Of a DNA stretch of 64,000 nt, positions 62,717 to 64,000 are shown one piece after another (the first letter of the stretch is position 1; each line of letters opens with the position of its first letter). The notes beneath the pieces are model-generated. The model had not been told where the DNA came from. It ran no database searches and worked only from the letters and a program-made list of their open reading frames with translations. The translations under genes were made by a program, and so were the position numbers. Where the stretch lies: NCBI GenBank assembly GCA_965226805.1, contig CBDDDW010000028.1, positions 398,109 through 462,108 on the forward strand, read 5' to 3'. This DNA comes from Dehalococcoidia bacterium. Lineage in GTDB: Bacteria; Chloroflexota; Dehalococcoidia; Lucifugimonadales; JAGWBF01.

Positions 62717-64000
62717 TGACGTACCGAATTCATAACTCGCCCGTTCAGGGCGATCTCTGCGGCGTCCGCTCCCCCCATTGGGCTATCGTCCGGCGTGGGT
62801 ATAGAGTAGACGATGGCGGCCCTGCCGGGCTTGACCACGACCTCCTTGACGAAGGAGCCGACGAAGGCTTTGGTTTCGGTCAGCTCGCTGGTCTTGAGGA
62901 ACTCGCTCATCTCGGCGGCGAAGGTGGCGATGGTGTCGGCGCTGTCGAGGAACTGCCGCCTCTCTTTCAGCAGCGCCCTCGCCTCCTCTGCGGCGATCTC
63001 CAGCTTCTCCTTGCGCTCCCGGTGCTCCTTGATGCGGTCCGAGGCGTCGGCCATCTCGGTGTCGGTCGTCTCGATGTGGTTCCAGATGCGGGCCAGCCGC
63101 TTCTTCACGTCCTCAAGCTCCTCCTCGATGGTCTGAAGCCTCTCCCGCTGGTCGCGGGCCACCCCGTCCATCTCCTCGTCCAGCAGCTTCACCAGGTCTC
63201 GGATGTTGGACTCGGTGAGAACGTTCTCCCTGATCTCGTTGACGATGAGCTTCTCGAAGCTCTTGGCGTTGAGCCTGGGGGTCTTGCAGGTTCCCTTGCC
63301 CCGCTTGAGCAGGGAGTGGCAGATGTAGTAGGTGTACTTGCCGCTCTTGGCCTCGGCTGCGGTCATGGCCTTGCCGCAGGTCTCGCACTTGGCGATGCCG
63401 CTGAGCAGGTAGGGGCTGGAGGCGCGGCGGGGGTTCACCTTCTTGGGGGCGCGGGAGCCGAGCAACCTCCTGGCCTTCTGGAAGTCCCGCTTGGAGACGA
63501 TGGCGGGGTGTGCGTCCTCGACGCGCACGGGGGGAGCGCCGTCCTTGGCGTTGGCTCCCCAGACCACGGTGCCGGTGTAGGCTTCGTGGGAGAGCATGGT
63601 GTGGATGGTGGTCTTAAGCCACTTCTTGCCGTTGGTGGTTGGGATGCCCTCGGCGTTGAGGGTCTTGGTCACGTCGAGGATGCTCTTGCCCTGTAGCACC
63701 ATGTCGAAGACCCGTCTGACCACGGCGTCGGCGGGCGGGTTCAGCTCAAGCTTGGGGCGTTTCGCGGCCCCATCCTGGACGTGGACCCGCTTGTAGCCAT
63801 AGGGGGCGTAGGTGGTCATCCAGAACCCTCTCGACGCGGCCTCCCGCATCCCCCGGACAACCTCCTGGGCGAGATTTTCCGAGTAAAATTCGTCCACGCT
63901 CTCGATGATGGCCTCAAGGAGCTTGCCCGTGGGGGTGTCGTCGGCCTGCTCGGTGATGGAGACCACTCGGACGCCTCTGCGTCTCAGCATGGACTTGAAG
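62653..64000 (-). CDS. large serine recombinase (integrase); the N-terminal catalytic domain continues beyond the window end
   Basis: End of the resolvase domain (..GVRVVSITEQADDTPTGKLLEAIIESVDEFYSENL..), a recombinase domain, a zinc ribbon (CETCGKAMT..YYICHS..GKGTC) and a long coiled coil. The last 21 codons are antisense to tRNA-Met. Confidence 0.9.
   Translation of the reverse strand, partial: FKSMLRRRGVRVVSITEQADDTPTGKLLEAIIESVDEFYSENLAQEVVRGMREAASRGFWMTTYAPYGYKRVHVQDGAAKRPKLELNPPADAVVRRVFDMVLQGKSILDVTKTLNAEGIPTTNGKKWLKTTIHTMLSHEAYTGTVVWGANAKDGAPPVRVEDAHPAIVSKRDFQKARRLLGSRAPKKVNPRRASSPYLLSGIAKCETCGKAMTAAEAKSGKYTYYICHSLLKRGKGTCKTPRLNAKSFEKLIVNEIRENVLTESNIRDLVKLLDEEMDGVARDQRERLQTIEEELEDVKKRLARIWNHIETTDTEMADASDRIKEHRERKEKLEIAAEEARALLKERRQFLDSADTIATFAAEMSEFLKTSELTETKAFVGSFVKEVVVKPGRAAIVYSIPTPDDSPMGGADAAEIALNGRVMNSVRHGGPARNRTWDPPVMSRLLCR

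Overview
This 64-kb window comes from a moderately GC-rich bacterial chromosome. Two T-box leaders, GC-rich palindromic intergenic repeats and the gene content suggest a Chloroflexota-like organism, but that is inference only.

Most of the window is housekeeping:
- the 3' end of mdh, and glmS
- a peptide-type ABC importer (binding protein plus two permeases, no ATPase)
- an S41 peptidase
- the secE-nusG-rplK-rplA-rplJ-rplL block with rpmG, tuf and a tRNA Thr-Tyr-Thr cluster
- a T-box-controlled ilvB, and mtaB
- a radical SAM/SPASM + PAP2 pair, and an LprG-like lipoprotein + MFS pair
- a Trp T-box-controlled trpE-trpG-trpD-trpC cluster with embedded VOC-family genes
- fumC, hicBA, glyQS, two family III CoA-transferases and tRNA-Met

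Between about 34.6 and 49.0 kb lies a decaying accessory zone with five IS elements. Three are IS3-family (one carries a nested IS1380-family element) and one is IS5-family. I could define inverted repeats for all five and target-site duplications for three of them. Most of them interrupt genes.

The most interesting hand-found signals are:
1. A DsbA/FrnE-like gene whose true N-terminus carries an in-frame TGA exactly at the first Cys of CPWC. It is a selenoprotein candidate that the ORF track misses.
2. A 16-nt poly-G tract that splits a TolB-like lipoprotein gene.
3. A large serine recombinase whose ORF runs antisense into tRNA-Met at the right edge of the window, marking the boundary of an integrated element.
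4. A 140-180 bp intergenic repeat family with one copy inside the ABC operon.
5. A nested IS insertion with an unusual 9-bp target duplication.

Several frameshifts sit at homopolymers and could be sequencing or assembly artefacts. All coordinates were counted by hand.
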